Shown: positions 1-12,443, counted from the first letter of the whole stretch. The stretch: DNA of 58,931 nucleotides, filler included, from Sphacelaria rigidula (GCA_964200075.2; 9 parts of 9 records of this genome joined end to end with filler, not necessarily neighbours in it); one strand, 5' to 3'. Numbers and translations are program-made. Notes: generated from the letters alone by a model not told the origin.

Positions 1-127
1 AAGATATCGTGCGTTAATGCGTCCTATATATATTGGGCGGACTATACACAAATATGTATTGTGACCGTCCCTTACCTTGTGTATTGTCCGCCCAATATAT
101 ATAGGACGCATTGACGCACGATATCTT
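1..127. repeat. Inverted repeat/hairpin with 51-bp arms (1-51 and 77-127) and a 25-nt loop
   Basis: The reverse complement of 1-51 matches 77-127 with 2 mismatches. The left arm may be cut by the window edge. Confidence 0.9.
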
Positions 128-460
128 GGGGCGGCAATATATATATTGGCGCTTCGGGTGTGTTGGTATTTCGAATCATCAATATATGTTGACCTCGTGT
201 GGCAGCCAATATATTACTCGACGAATATATTTTAGTGCCTTACCGCACCAGCCTTTTACTCGACCAATATATAGTGAAGTGGCGCGTGTCGTGATACATT
301 GTTCGGGTGATATATATTGCATGTCTCCAGACCTCAAATATTGATGGCACAATATATATTGACCCTCTCTCGTGCCATCATATTGCTCGTCCAATATATA
401 TTGACCACCCGACGCGTCGACACACTGAGCGGGCAGTATATATTTCATATTGTATTGTCA
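128..460. repeat. Degenerate array of palindromic CAATATATATTG-like motifs
   Basis: The motif recurs at about 136, 180, 208, 266, 309, 350 and 393 with variable intervening sequence. Confidence 0.7.
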
Positions 461-573
461 AGGGTGTGAAACATTTAGCATCCCCCTAGGAGATCGTGGC
501 ATGAAATAATGTTTTCCGTCGAAACCGCAAAGTTGATATGTTTCCGACACTTTTGAAGGTAATATTTCACGAA

Positions 574-825
574 GACACTTTCTACGATAGCCCCCCCCCC
601 CCCAAAACCAGCCCAAAAGTGTCACGAAAAAATGGCCATACAGCGCCTGATGTTTGGGTTCAGGCTGCACGAAGATCCTCATATTGACAACATTAGCAAG
701 AACTAGCCCAAGCGTGGGAATTCCCAGCTGCTCGTTGTGCTCGGCTGTTCCCATTTCGATTTACGTGGAGATTTTGCCTCCCAAAACCATGCGCGTTTCG
801 GGGGGGGGCTATCGTAGAAAGTGTC
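574..825 (+). mobile_element. MITE (~250 bp) with TIR GACACTTTCTACGATAGCCCCCC
   Basis: Left end gacactttctacgatagccccc (574) and right end gggggctatcgtagaaagtgtc (825). An inverted homolog lies at 48322-48571 and a fragment at 26238-26295. Confidence 0.85.
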
Positions 826-1715
826 CGAACTTTTCGCTGTTTTACGATTAGCGGCGTCTGTCTGTAGCACTGAAGCCCCCTGTCACCGGCTGGTGAAGAG
901 GCCCCGCCGGGGTCGAGAAAAGCACATTCAATTCTACAGCATTTGAATTAATGTTGACATCTAGTCTGTGAGCAACGGGCCTCGAGTACGCAAACGGCGA
1001 AACACACTATTCCCGTGTACATCACTGTCGTTGCTGCTGTCATCTGAGCTCGTGCCGTTCATATTGTGATGCTGTGTGTAGTGTCTGTAACCTTCACGTC
1101 TACGTCTACGGGGATTAGTGGCTTGTCGGCAATTTTTCAAGGTGCTTGGAGCATGACAGTGCACTAGGGATACCAGTTGGAGCATGATCATTATGTACGA
1201 AGAATGCTTTGGAGTATGATGCAGGTATTGGTGGAAGTCACTGGTTTAACTTGAAGTGAAACCGTATACGTTTTGAGTTCATGCTTGTCAACTGAAACTG
1301 ATCAGTCCAACTGGTGAGTTAGTTTATGCCTCTAGCAAATGTGCTTTCAGGATCGACGAGCAGGCCCTAGCCGCAGAAACGAGTGGAAACTGCCGCTATA
1401 AGTAGAGACAAATTGTTTCGAAGGCAAGACGCCCCACAACGCTACGCGTATCTGGCATTCCTCCGCTTCGTTCTCTCCATCTCTCCCCAGCACCGACCTG
1501 CATACGTGATTTACCTGCTCGCGTATTCCTGGCGAGTGCACTTCCAGTACCTACAGAGAAATTCCAACACTGCCGCTCTTGTTGACATGCTTCAAGACAA
1601 AAACACCAAAAAATGATGCACGCGTTCTTTCCCCCCTTCACAAATCCCGCCGAACACTCTGAAAAAGGGAGTCGAACTGCACAAAAATCTACTGCGGCAG
1701 CACGCACGCCAGCAG

Positions 1716-3546
1716 ATCCGGCAACGGATCACTCATGCGTCTGGCCCCTGTACCTATGCTGCTGCATCAGCATCCGTCGCTAGCCATACAAGTCTCCGGC
1801 GAGAGCTCCAGGACCACCCACGCATCCAGGGCCTGCGTAGATTCCTGCCGATACTTTGCAGGGCTGGTGAGAGTTTCCCACGGTACAGCCATTCGTTATT
1901 GCATATGCCGTAGGCAGCAAATCAAGTGGTTTCAACAATTTGCTGTGGGGGAAGGGGGGCGAGAGGGGTTGTAGTAGCTGCTGGAAGGGAAGGTCTAGGA
2001 ATGAAGGGAGTCTATCAAGGTGCCCTCATTGGAGTTTTCCGCCCACTTCGCCGGCAAGTGTGCGTCGTCATTTAGGCACACGGCTTTGCAGCTTCGCGGA
2101 TAGTGTTGTGCACATTCCGTAGATGAGTGATTGTGGCTGGGGAGAAGTGGCAGAGAAAATGGAGAAATTCGAGCGGATTCATGAATGTTTGGGACGGGGT
2201 GTGCTGAAACGATGAGTGGGAATTCCCCACCCGCCCCTTCGTCGATATTTCTCTCTATTTTCCTACACATCAAAGGAACCGATATTTTTACCCAACAAAC
2301 TTCATGCAGCACCAACTCTATGTTGTGGTATTTGTTCTAAGAGAAGCACTCCCGCAGTATCAGGAAAATGAATGTGTAGTGTGCATCATGTTGCAGGTCG
2401 TGGGCGCCATAGACGGGGAGTCAAAAGAGAAGCTGCTAGCCAAGGGTGGCTTCGTTCCACGAGGACTTCCCGAAGATTACTGGTCCAGCATGTCGCCGCA
2501 TCTCGAAGAAGGTGTTGCGGAGGTGGCGTTCGGGGCGTCGCACGCACACCGAGAGCCTCCAGATGAGGTCAGTTTCATCTCTCTCGGTGCATGTGCCACC
2601 GACAAAGTTGAGCTTAACTTATTGCTCGACGTTTCGCCGTGGTGAAAGTCTCTGGCAAGTTATAGGAATTCGCGATCGAGTTCAGAAGGTCTCCATACAT
2701 TTCACAATGATTCCTACATGAACAATACATTTCATCATAACTCATTTAGAGAGAAAACAGTGAGTGTGAAGAAATAATTGAATCAGATTCTTTTTGTAGC
2801 AATTGTCGGGGAAAGCATCGTCATTTGACTCGGCCGATTGTACTCTTGGCGCACGTGCGCGTTGTTCGAAAACTATATTGAATCAATTGATCGCTGGAGC
2901 AAAGGTAGATTCATTCGAACTGGTCGACAATGTCCATGGCTGTGGATCCTTCGTTTTTGTCAAACCCTGAGACTATGCGAACTCTAACAGCAACCACTGG
3001 GCAAAGGGGGTGAATGCGGCACCCTGTGAGACGTGTGCGTTGGACTGAGTTTTGGCGCCCGAGTTCAAGCAAAAGTTCGCGTCCTGCGCATATTGTCGGC
3101 TACCAGGGACTGTCTACCTCCCAGACAATCCGCTTATGTCAATCCGTCTACACCGAAACCATGCAGCAGTCCAACCGTTGAATTCGTGGACCAGTTGTCG
3201 TCAACTCTACTGCGGCAATGTGTGTTGTCATCAATTCGGTAGGTTCGAGTGTTCCCGCGTAAAATATGCCGTGTCCCATACCACGATGATTTTATACCAT
3301 TTGTGATGTACATTTTCCTCTCGAACTTGTACTAAACAGGATACGCAAAAAAGGCTGAACAGGTATATGCCCCGAGACGAGCGTGGTGCGATCATGGCAA
3401 CGGTGATTCACAATAGCGGCTACGTCGTGCACAGTCTTGAGGCCGCTCTCTGGGCGTTCGGTCGCTCTACCAGCTTCGAGGAGGGCTGTCTGATGGTGGC
3501 GAACCTGGGTGATGATTCCGACACTGTGGCGGCCATCTACGGTCAG
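1716..3546 (+). CDS. ADP-ribosylglycohydrolase (DraG/ARH family), internal exons 1716-1866, 2397-2567 and 3340-3546; gene incomplete at both ends
   Basis: Spliced translation gives [14 protein letters not shown]...[37 protein letters not shown]...REPPDE|DTQ...[16 protein letters not shown]...[16 protein letters not shown], which are hallmark family motifs. All junctions are AG/GT and the two internal junctions are phase 0. Confidence 0.9.
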
Positions 3547-4499
3547 GTATTTGAAAACAAAATCCTTTTTTTCAGACTCCGAAAACGCGAATGTCTCTGC
3601 CGATTCGAACCGAGCACGGAACCGAGCAAGATCAAACCAGGCGCGAACGAAGAGCCTGAGTTGGTGAAGATATGACGATACGTCGAGTGAAGAACATACA
3701 ACTGGCATCTGATATAGTCACACTCTCCAGTAAGCCTGCGAGTGTCGTCTATCTTGCAAGCTATGTCACTCACAGTTAGATGGAAGTCCTGATACACGGT
3801 GGGGAATATTTTGGTAGAATATGAGGAAAGTGCATAGCATCCGATAATTGATATTTTACTGCGATCTTCCCCCGTCCTCAACCCGGGGGGAATGCCTGCT
3901 TCGTCAAGTTTCTAAACCCATTATATACGCGTTAGAAAGTCAACGTCGATATTGAACCGCTCGCCACAGATGGCACGACGTGCTCCCCCAACTTCTATCG
4001 AAGATCTCCTACGCTCCGAGACGCTGTTCACTGCATCGGCGTTCTATTCCGCGCCTTGAGGAAACTTGAAGCAATATTCATTCTACATTTAGTGGAAGAG
4101 ATCGTTCTGCCGTTGACTCAAAGTCTGCTTCAAGATATGGAAAATCAGACTCGGTCATGCCTCACAGTAGGTTTACAATGACCCAGAGCAGCAAGCAGCT
4201 TTCCATCGCTCGAAGCACTTGCCAAGAAATGTCGAAAATGAGCAGCTAGCTCAGCACATCAAGAACTGTATTTGGTGTGGAATTGGCCTGCAGCATGCTG
4301 CTTCAGAACGAGATCGAGACTGGCGGCCGTTCGTTGATTTCAAAGAATATAAAAAGATGCTTGAGAGATGAGAACGGATTTTTCTGCATGCCTTTCTGTG
4401 TTCAGACTCGCACAGCAAAAGTGTGTACACGTTACAATAGGTTCCAGCTGAATTGGGGGATTTTTGCAAGGACAGGTCGGGTAGGCCATGTACTTGAAA

Positions 4500-5015
4500 T
4501 ACTCGGGTGTTTACTTAACCCAATGTTTGGGTAGATTGGGTACGGACGGCCTCAATACTCAACCCATATTTTGGGTAGATTGGGTACAACCTCAAACACT
4601 CTGCCCACGCTTTGGGTAGATTGAGTACGACCTCAAACACCCTACCCAATATTGGGGAGGAACTCTTAGCAATACCTGGGTATAGAGTATCACTTGGGTG
4701 TGACCTCAATACTCCACCCAATTTTTGGGAAGATTAGGTATAGCCTTGAATCCTCTACCCTGATTTTGGGTAGATTGAGTGCGACTTCAAATATTCTACC
4801 CGATATCTGGTGCTGGGTAAGTAGTCTCAGTAATACTTGAGTCAAAAGTATCACTTGGGTATGACCTCAATACTCTACCCAAATTTTGGGTAGATTGAGT
4901 ATGACACAAATTCTCTACCCCAATTTTGGGTAGGTTGGGTATGACTTCACATACTCTACCCAATATTGGGTGAGTCATCTGAGTAATACTCAGGTATAGA
5001 GTATCACTTGGGCAT
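4500..5015. repeat. Minisatellite of ~40-bp self-complementary units (TTGGGTAGATTGAGTACGACCTCAAATACTCTACCCAA) with a ~155-160-bp higher-order repeat
   Basis: About 12 units. A second unit type ending AGTATCACTTGGG recurs at about 4686, 4847 and 5000. Confidence 0.9.
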
Positions 5016-5524
5016 GATGAGTAATCCTGGCCGTTGGCGACTTCGTGACGTCACTTCACACACTATGTTGAATATATGGACAGACGGTGGCCATCAATGA
5101 GATGAGTGACGTCACGTCACAGGCTACAATGAGTATCACCGAGCGTTGGCCATAAAAAAAACAAAAAGAAGCGTACAGGTGCATGAACCTACCTGCCCCA
5201 CCCCCGGCAGTACATACCCATACCCATACTGCATACTCCATACTTCGTATCTTCGTATCTTCTTCGATATCAGTTCCAGTACCAAGCGCTACTCATCATC
5301 ATTGGGTAACCGAGTAGACGGGTACGCGGGTAGGTATTGTAAAAATGAGCGACTCTGCGGGCCGCACATCTGACTCCTCTGTGGGAGACCCAGCGGTGGA
5401 AACGGTGTAAGATGTGACAACACCGCAACAGTCGCGAGGGGGAACAACAGAAAAAGGCCCCACGAGGTCAGGAGCGATAGACCTGATCCCAAAACAGGAC
5501 CCGGTGGTCCGTCTTGTACAGGCG

Positions 5525-5850
5525 GTTTGGGTATCTTGGGTACGAAATTGAATACTAAAGTAATACCGAAGGTTTTGGTATATTGGGTCCGGCCTCAGAT
5601 ACTCGACCCAAACTTTGGGTAGATTGAGGACGACCTCAAATACTCCACTCAGTCTGTTTTGGAAGATTTGAGGAAGATTGAGTACGACCTGAAATATTTT
5701 TTCCAATATTGGGTTAGTACTCTTGGCAATACCTGGGTAAAGAGTATCACTGGGGTATGACTCCAATACTTTACATTGGGTATGACCTCAAACACTTTTA
5801 CCCAAATTTGGGGTAGATTGAGTACGGCCTCAAATAGTTTTTGGTAGTTG
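5525..5850. repeat. Second array of the same ~40-bp palindromic unit, same orientation
   Basis: ttgggtagattgag(t/g)acgacctcaaa units, plus the gcaatacctgggtaaagagtatcac unit at about 5726. Confidence 0.85.
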
Positions 5851-6460
5851 ACGATTTTCAAGATTTTTTCGCATGCCGCCGCTCATCCCAGTGAACGTTT
5901 TATCCCAAAGTTTGGGGATCGGGAGATAATAGGCACTCGCTCCACGTTCCAAAACAATATAACCCCTGCACTCAATATTGAACAATGGTTTTCGGAGAAT
6001 CTGCGACTGCCCAGCCCCAGGTTCTGACTCTTGGTTATCTTTTCTCGATTGAAGCAATCCTGATCGTTCTCGTAAACAAGTGTAAATAGGTCTTGGTATC
6101 AATTTTTACCTATTCATCGCGCTACAGCCGAAAACCTGTGTGGGACCAGTGACGGTCGATAACATTCGCTGGTGAACGAGGTACTTACTCCGCATCGCCC
6201 CGACAACACTAACTTGAGGATTGTGTCCTGAGCACGACCTGCTTCTTTTCCCCATGATTGTCGACGCTAAGACTTACGAATGCCAAGGAAGAATACTTCA
6301 CCATAAAATTCAGATAAATACCCAGGGGCAATCGCCAAAAACCGGTATACCGACGGTATTTTCGCCAACATCCGGTATAGCTCACACCCCCCCTCAGAAA
6401 AGCTACTAATGCAGCCGCCTGATTGGCCACATCCCGCCGCGTGCGCATTCTGGCGAAAAC

Positions 6461-6560
6461 NNNNNNNNNNNNNNNNNNNNNNNNNNNNNNNNNNNNNNNN
6501 NNNNTTAATTAATTAANNNNNNNNNNNNNNNNNNNNNNNNNNNNNNNNNNNNNNNNNNNN
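6461..6560. other. Artificial contig linker (44N-TTAATTAATTAA-44N)
   Basis: Six-frame stop linker flanked by Ns; recurs every 6559 bp. Confidence 0.98.
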
Positions 6561-7515
6561 ATGTTTGGGCGGGGGGGGGCGGGGGGGGCGGGGGGGGGCT
6601 GGCTCTCGGGGCATCACCCACGGTGGACCGCGTCCTATTTCAGTTTCATCTGGTATGATTTTGCCAAACCATTTGAGGAAGCAGTTGGTAAACATCGTTT
6701 CGGTTTGTGCTTTTGTCATGCTAGAGATACGGGCCTGGAACACTTCGATCCCCGACGGTGTTCATAGTCTTCGATCCCAATTCAAATTACTGGACCATCG
6801 ACTACCCCTTGCGAATCTAGCACGCGATTTCGGGATTCGAGCACAGTTTTTATGGAGGAATAACGCTGGGACCCGCCACAAGCATCGAAATGTTTTCGAA
6901 GTAGGGTTACAAATGCACTCCCCGGCCGCAATGTGTGGAGTCGCTCATCATGGGAGAAGACGCCGATCAGTTGTAAGATCCCGTGTCTTGTAGGGGACTC
7001 TGGAATACAAGAGCAGTGTAAAATACAGGAAGGACCGGGGATTAACTTGTGCCGTGTAAGTACAGGATGCCGCAAATTGCAGTCGGACTATTGTGCAGAA
7101 GGAGCTACGCTGCACGGCACAATCGGAGAGGGCAGATTCTTTTTTGTATTGCGTAATTGTAGTGATGCCTACGAAGGTTCCCAACGCTCAACCTCACTAA
7201 AATATCCACCCCCAATTTTCAATATCGCGTCGTATCTGATTCAATTCAACAGTTGGATCCGTCCCCCTTGCGAATAGCGTCGCAGAAAGAGGCAATGCGG
7301 TGAATGACAGTACAGATACACGCGCCGGAGCCCGGGACGCAGCGCATCGTGCCTGTGCTAGTTGTTTGGCTTCATGCGCACGCTGTTGTTGCGCTAACAA
7401 CTTCAGGCGCGCGCACAATTTCGTAGCCATATAGCATAACTATCCGGCGTTGCGGGCTCAATTTCCCGCGCACGATCCCTCGAAACACGCGACCACCTCA
7501 CATCCCCAGTGACAG

Positions 7516-10500
7516 GAAGTGTATGATGCGTTCGTGGAGGATATGCGTAGTACCGGAGGAGGTGCGGCCGCAAGTCTTAGCTTTTTTTACACCACGATGC
7601 GCAAGGACCGACCCCACTACACGGCCAAGGTCGGCGGCATATTCATGAACTGTAACGCGTGCACTCTGTACCATCACACCCTTAATGGGAGTTCTGGTGT
7701 GAGGGTCACCGTTGACCCCGGCAAGATGGATGAGGTCGCTATGGAGCAGAAGGCGCACTTGCAAGTGAGTCGTCTTCTCGTCGACATTGTTGGCAGCTCG
7801 TGATGTAACCGAAAGAACGAAGATACGGAATATGTGAGATTGCGCCACGATTTACATCCAAAGCAGTCGCAGGTTTATCGAATCAGCCAAGGGGAGGATA
7901 TTTCCCGACAACTATATTTCCTCAGCTCGTACCTGCAGCGACCCGTCGATACCAAATGTTTCGACGCGAGTACGCGTCGAAATTCTGTCGAGTAAACCTC
8001 CATCTCCCTATGCGACCTCGGCTGATTCCGTCACGGTATCGCAAGTCGCAAGTGCCCGTTCATTCAATTTTCCCAGGTCCATACGGCCGAGTAGCGTTTC
8101 CCAGTTACACATTGTCTTGGCGGAAACTCTCTCCGCCCGAGCCGCGTACCAATAGCCGACCGTTTTTCTTATCATTTACCTAGCTTATTTTTAGTTCGTT
8201 ATTTCGGATTGGTCTCGTTTGTTGTGTGTATGTTGATCTGAATTCATGAGCTATGTGTTTTTAATATCTGTGGTTACTTCACGCCTCCCGAGCGGGTGTT
8301 TCTGTGCTTCCTTCAATCCCGGGTTCGTCTTTCGTGGGACCACGGCTGGAGGCACGTGGTTTGCCCCAATGGTAGATACAACGCTCGAGATATTCATCAA
8401 CCTCACGATGCGGACCTCCCCTTGACCGTTACAGTTGGTGACTCTAGACCGTGAGCGCCTGGCTTTCATTAGTCGGGCTGCCATTCGTGCGAACGGCAAT
8501 CAAGAACCGTTGAAGTTCGTGTCTCTACAAGCCGATGCAGCAGCTCAAACGGTGTTCGCTCTATATATGTGTTCTCCAGTGACGTACGGCACAGATAAGT
8601 GAGTACGAACGACAAATGACCGTGCATTCGACGGTGTCCCCCTTTGGTTAGCGCCTCGCCTCCAACACTCGCGCACACCCACGGTCATGGCGCTGGCGTA
8701 TACTCGTTCGCGCGTGCGTCGACGTCGATCTAGATTGTACCGTGTCTGATTCGATTCCACCATTATGCACGATGCGTGATGCGGCAGCTGACAGGGGATA
8801 TGCCGAACGCCAAAATATCATGGCAGTTCTCGTGGAGGGACAGTTCGTGGATTTCTTCCTGGCACCTCAGACCGTCGGAGGTGGTGAGTTCGAGTACGGT
8901 GCTCGTGTTATGCAGTTGCCGAATCATACCGTGAGGCGGTCGTCGGCATGGTTCGTTCGCATCTCGATTTTTATAGCGTAGTATCGCCGCCCACCCAATT
9001 CGAAAAAAGTAACTGTTCGTCTGCCGTAGTCTATTCGTTCGATACTTCTACCGCCGAGGCGCGTGGCTCGGTACAGCACACTGCCCCACAGTCCACAACA
9101 ACATTTATTCCACAAACATAACGAACATCGCACGCTGTCCGTCCCGCCATTCTGCCATCACCTTGCCGTGAACTTGTTTCGCAGGCAGCAATCTTATATG
9201 CACCTCCATCCACCGGGCACTGACGCGACTGTTCGACACGCACTGCAGCGCCGGCACCCCAGCGTAGATCGACGAACTATACGCCCAATTCGACAACTGC
9301 GTGGGCGAAAACAAGAATCACATCGTCTCAACGTACCTGGGTTCTCTGGTGGCTCGAGGCATTATCGGACGGGTTGAGGTCAATTTCGTGATGGTTGGAC
9401 ATACCCACATCATGATCGACCAGGTCTTCTCGAGGTGTGTACAAAGATGTGTGCGTCGAAATTGAAGATCGGTATCGAATTGAAGAACAAACCGTGATCA
9501 GAACAGTCGACCATGCGCACGGACGTGGAAGACCGAGAAGCCGACATTGGTCGATTCGGATCAAAATCTAGAATAGATAATCGATTGTTTACACTCCCTG
9601 GCCTGCTCGTGGCGGGTCTATTCTCTTTGTATTTTCAGCTGTCTTAGAGTGCCCTCTTACGGTTCTGTTTGGGTTCTTATTCATTAGTTGTGTGCTTGTT
9701 TCTCGAGAGGCTCAAAAGAAGCAATGAAAACCCTTTTGCAAGGCACAGCAAGGATGGTATTGGCAAGACTAGCGCACGTCTGTGGTGGGGGACCTCCGAC
9801 AGCAATACATGATTGCGAATAAAAAATGCGACTGGATCATCCGGCTGTGATGTATGGCCTCGCTCATCCCACGGTTAGGCCCCGACCCTAACCGTAACCC
9901 TAACCCCAATGAGATGGAGGGTTCCTACAAATTCACCCCTGCCGTGGGATCACTCAGTAAACCTTTGTAATTTACCGCGCTAATGTATCTTGGCACTTGG
10001 GCTGGGAATCGGCTGTAACTTCCAACCTAGGTAGAAATATTCAGGACCGAGACCGGGGTTAGGTTCGTATTCGCAAAACCTCACTCTTCCTATTTTGAAC
10101 GAAGTCTAAGGCATCAAGTCACAGAATATATGGACGAAATTCCCGCCAATTAAAAAATACGAAATAAAAGCCCGGGGCACATCCTGCAAATAATGCCGTT
10201 ACGCGGGTGGTCGTTTCCGATGTCAAATTATGTGCGGTATCAGTACGACTCTCGCAGGGGTAAGAAGATATGGTTGCACAGTACATGAGCGTCCACACAT
10301 ATCTCGATGTCACGAGTTATTTTGGACAATGAAGGGCCAGTGTGCAGGTGGAAGTTTGTGATCGATGACCCCGTTTGGTACTTAGTTACGATTGTTTAAC
10401 AGGATTGCCGTACACTGCAAGGGCTCTTGCCTGTTCACAAGACAACAGCAGGCAGAGGCCTTCAGTGCTGCGTACATGAGGCTACCCGTCTACACCACCA

Positions 10501-12443
10501 CTCTCCGCTCCTTGGGCAACTTCAAAGGGGCCCTGACAGACGGCGGTCGCGTGTTTGCATAACGTCGCCGCGGTCGTTCGAGATCCGGCCTGCGGGGCCA
10601 GCCCAGGTCAGCGTTCGTATGAAACAGTACATGCACCAGCCTGACTTCACCGGGATGACGGCTCCAGGTGTCTTCGAAGGCCCCCCACACTTACTTTTCC
10701 GAGCGGATGTCCCAGATATGGAGTTAGCACCTCCCTTCAACCTGAAGGTCGTCCATGCAGTCGCGCGAGCATGCGTTCCGGCTCGCTAAAATGCCGTGCA
10801 CTGTCGCCTGGCGTCCCTCTACCCCCTAGGTGCGCGTACACCGGCGATTCCCCGTCTTTATATTGTGCCGCACAAGCTATCCTCGTGTGATCGCGCGTGC
10901 ACGGTTTTTGCTGTCGTGCCCCACCTTGTCGTTATAATTGTTCCGCTTGACGCATCCCCGAGTTTAGTAACCGGTGTTGATGTAGTCCTTGGTCGGCGGT
11001 CTCACGATGTGCTCGAACCCTAAGTCTGTACCCGCCGTACGGCAGTATGTCAAAAGGGTGTAATATTTTGAAGGCTCGGTATCCTCTGTCCTCTCAGCAC
11101 ACGTTAATTGTTTTCGTGAAAAAAATGGCGCTTAGAGATGGAGGACACCCCCAACGCAAGGTAGACAGCGAGGCCTAGAGCAACCAAAGTACCCAAGAGT
11201 ACAATACAGGGATAGGGAAATTGGGCTTTGTCTTGACTTGAAATGGCGTCTCTGCGTTACCCCGGGGTACTCAAAGTTGCAGTTGAGAGCCAATTTGCGG
11301 AGGGTTCAGTGCTGACAGTTTCATTTGCGGATAGGGCGGTCGGGGTAGACCTGCCGTCCTCTCTTCCCACATTTTGTTTTTGTTTTCGTCGACGACGTAC
11401 GAGTGTGTACTTCTGCGCGCATCGTATTACGGAAGAGGCAGGCCGCAAAAAAAGCCGGCAACCTCTATTCCAGTTTGGGTATTTATATCATTTCCTGCTT
11501 GACGTAGTTATGAGTTTGTCGCCAACCCTTTTTTTAACGGTTTGTTTATGATTGTCCTTCACTTTCATCCAACGAGTGTCCCCGTTCCGGTTGTCGATAC
11601 TGTTACCACGGCTCGATTGCTGGGGGATCATTTGCTGCGCGGCGATCAATTAAACAATCATCTTGCCGAATCAAAACCACGAGAAGGTCGCACACGGGCC
11701 GCCCCTGATCCCATCAGACCGTACGCGTGCTCGAAGATTTGGAGAGGCAGGAGACAATCAAAAACGAAATGGCTACCTCCCACAGACTACTCGGCGCAAA
11801 GGACTCCGTGGCTTGGAATCTACCTCGCCACTGGCTGCGGCGTAACGACGTGCAGCCAGCCGAAGGGGCGGCGAAAGAGGACACGGGGACAGAAGAATGT
11901 AGTTTCGGCGATGGGTCGGATAGGGAGCTGGACACTTCTGTTCATGACACGTCGGGGGGTGTCGTTCAGCACTCCGGGGTGTGTGGGCAGTGTGGGGCGG
12001 GCACCAGCGGTGGCGCCGTCCCTGGTGAGCAAACCGACATTCCCTCATTCGTGAAGGGAGACTTTGTTTTCTTCCTCGCCGACGAAGCCTCGTTTTCAGT
12101 GGACGAGGTGATCGACGTACGGGAGACTGTCGGCAGTGAGGCCGACGTTCAGGTGCGCTGGTGGTCACCGGCGACCTCCAAAGCTCGCAGCGGCGCGGCT
12201 GATTGCAGCATCAGAGAATACGGGAAGGGTAAGCTCACCGAAGACTACAGAACCACAGAAAGTTGTGACGGGGCTGGGGTCGACACCACCAGCAGAAAGC
12301 GCAAGTTGACCCCGGACGTGGAGTGGATGGCATCAGATTTGGTCACGGCTTCATGTCGAAGACTCAATTCCGGGGCCAAGATTCCAAAGGGGGTATTGGA
12401 CGAAATCATTGTCGCGAAGTCACAACAAGAGAAGAGTAAATAA
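7516..12443 (+). pseudogene. Multi-exon DDD transposase of Sola1-like/DUF7869 type; exons ~7516-7764, 8435-8598, 8795-8883, 9185-9434, 10403-~10747 and terminal ~11727-12443
   Basis: Phase-compatible GT-AG splicing gives SLSFFYTTMRKDRPH..FMNCNAC..KAHLQ|LVTLDRER..FVSLQADAAAQTVF..|GYAERQNIMAVLVEG..VGG|GSNLIC..PA*IDELYAQFDNCVGENKNHIVSTYLGSLVARG..VNFVMVGHTHIMIDQVFSR|IAVH... There is one in-frame TAG (~9265) and one frameshift (~10560). The 5' boundary of the terminal exon is uncertain. Confidence 0.8.

Noticed and set aside
128..460. CRISPR-like repeat-spacer pattern of CAATATATATTG boxes
   Set aside because: The repeat is only ~12 bp, degenerate and irregularly spaced.
1351..1401. Additional upstream exon of the ADP-ribosylglycohydrolase (IDEQALAAETSGNCRYK)
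   Set aside because: It is phase-compatible, but the donor (GTAGAG) is weak and it has no family motif, so it is left out of the model.
4500..5850. CRISPR array (palindromic ~40-bp repeats)
   Set aside because: Units abut each other with no unique spacers, they are degenerate, no cas genes are seen, and the context is eukaryotic.
6505..6516. Conserved TTAATTAATTAA motif recurring eight times
   Set aside because: It is a synthetic six-frame stop linker embedded in Ns.
9886..9907. Telomere (CCCTAA-like repeats; also 26298-26330)
   Set aside because: Only 2-3 imperfect internal units are present, not a terminal array.
1716..12443. Functional linkage of the ADP-ribosylhydrolase with the transposase, or any other cross-contig system
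   Set aside because: The two lie on separate contigs joined only by size-sorted concatenation.
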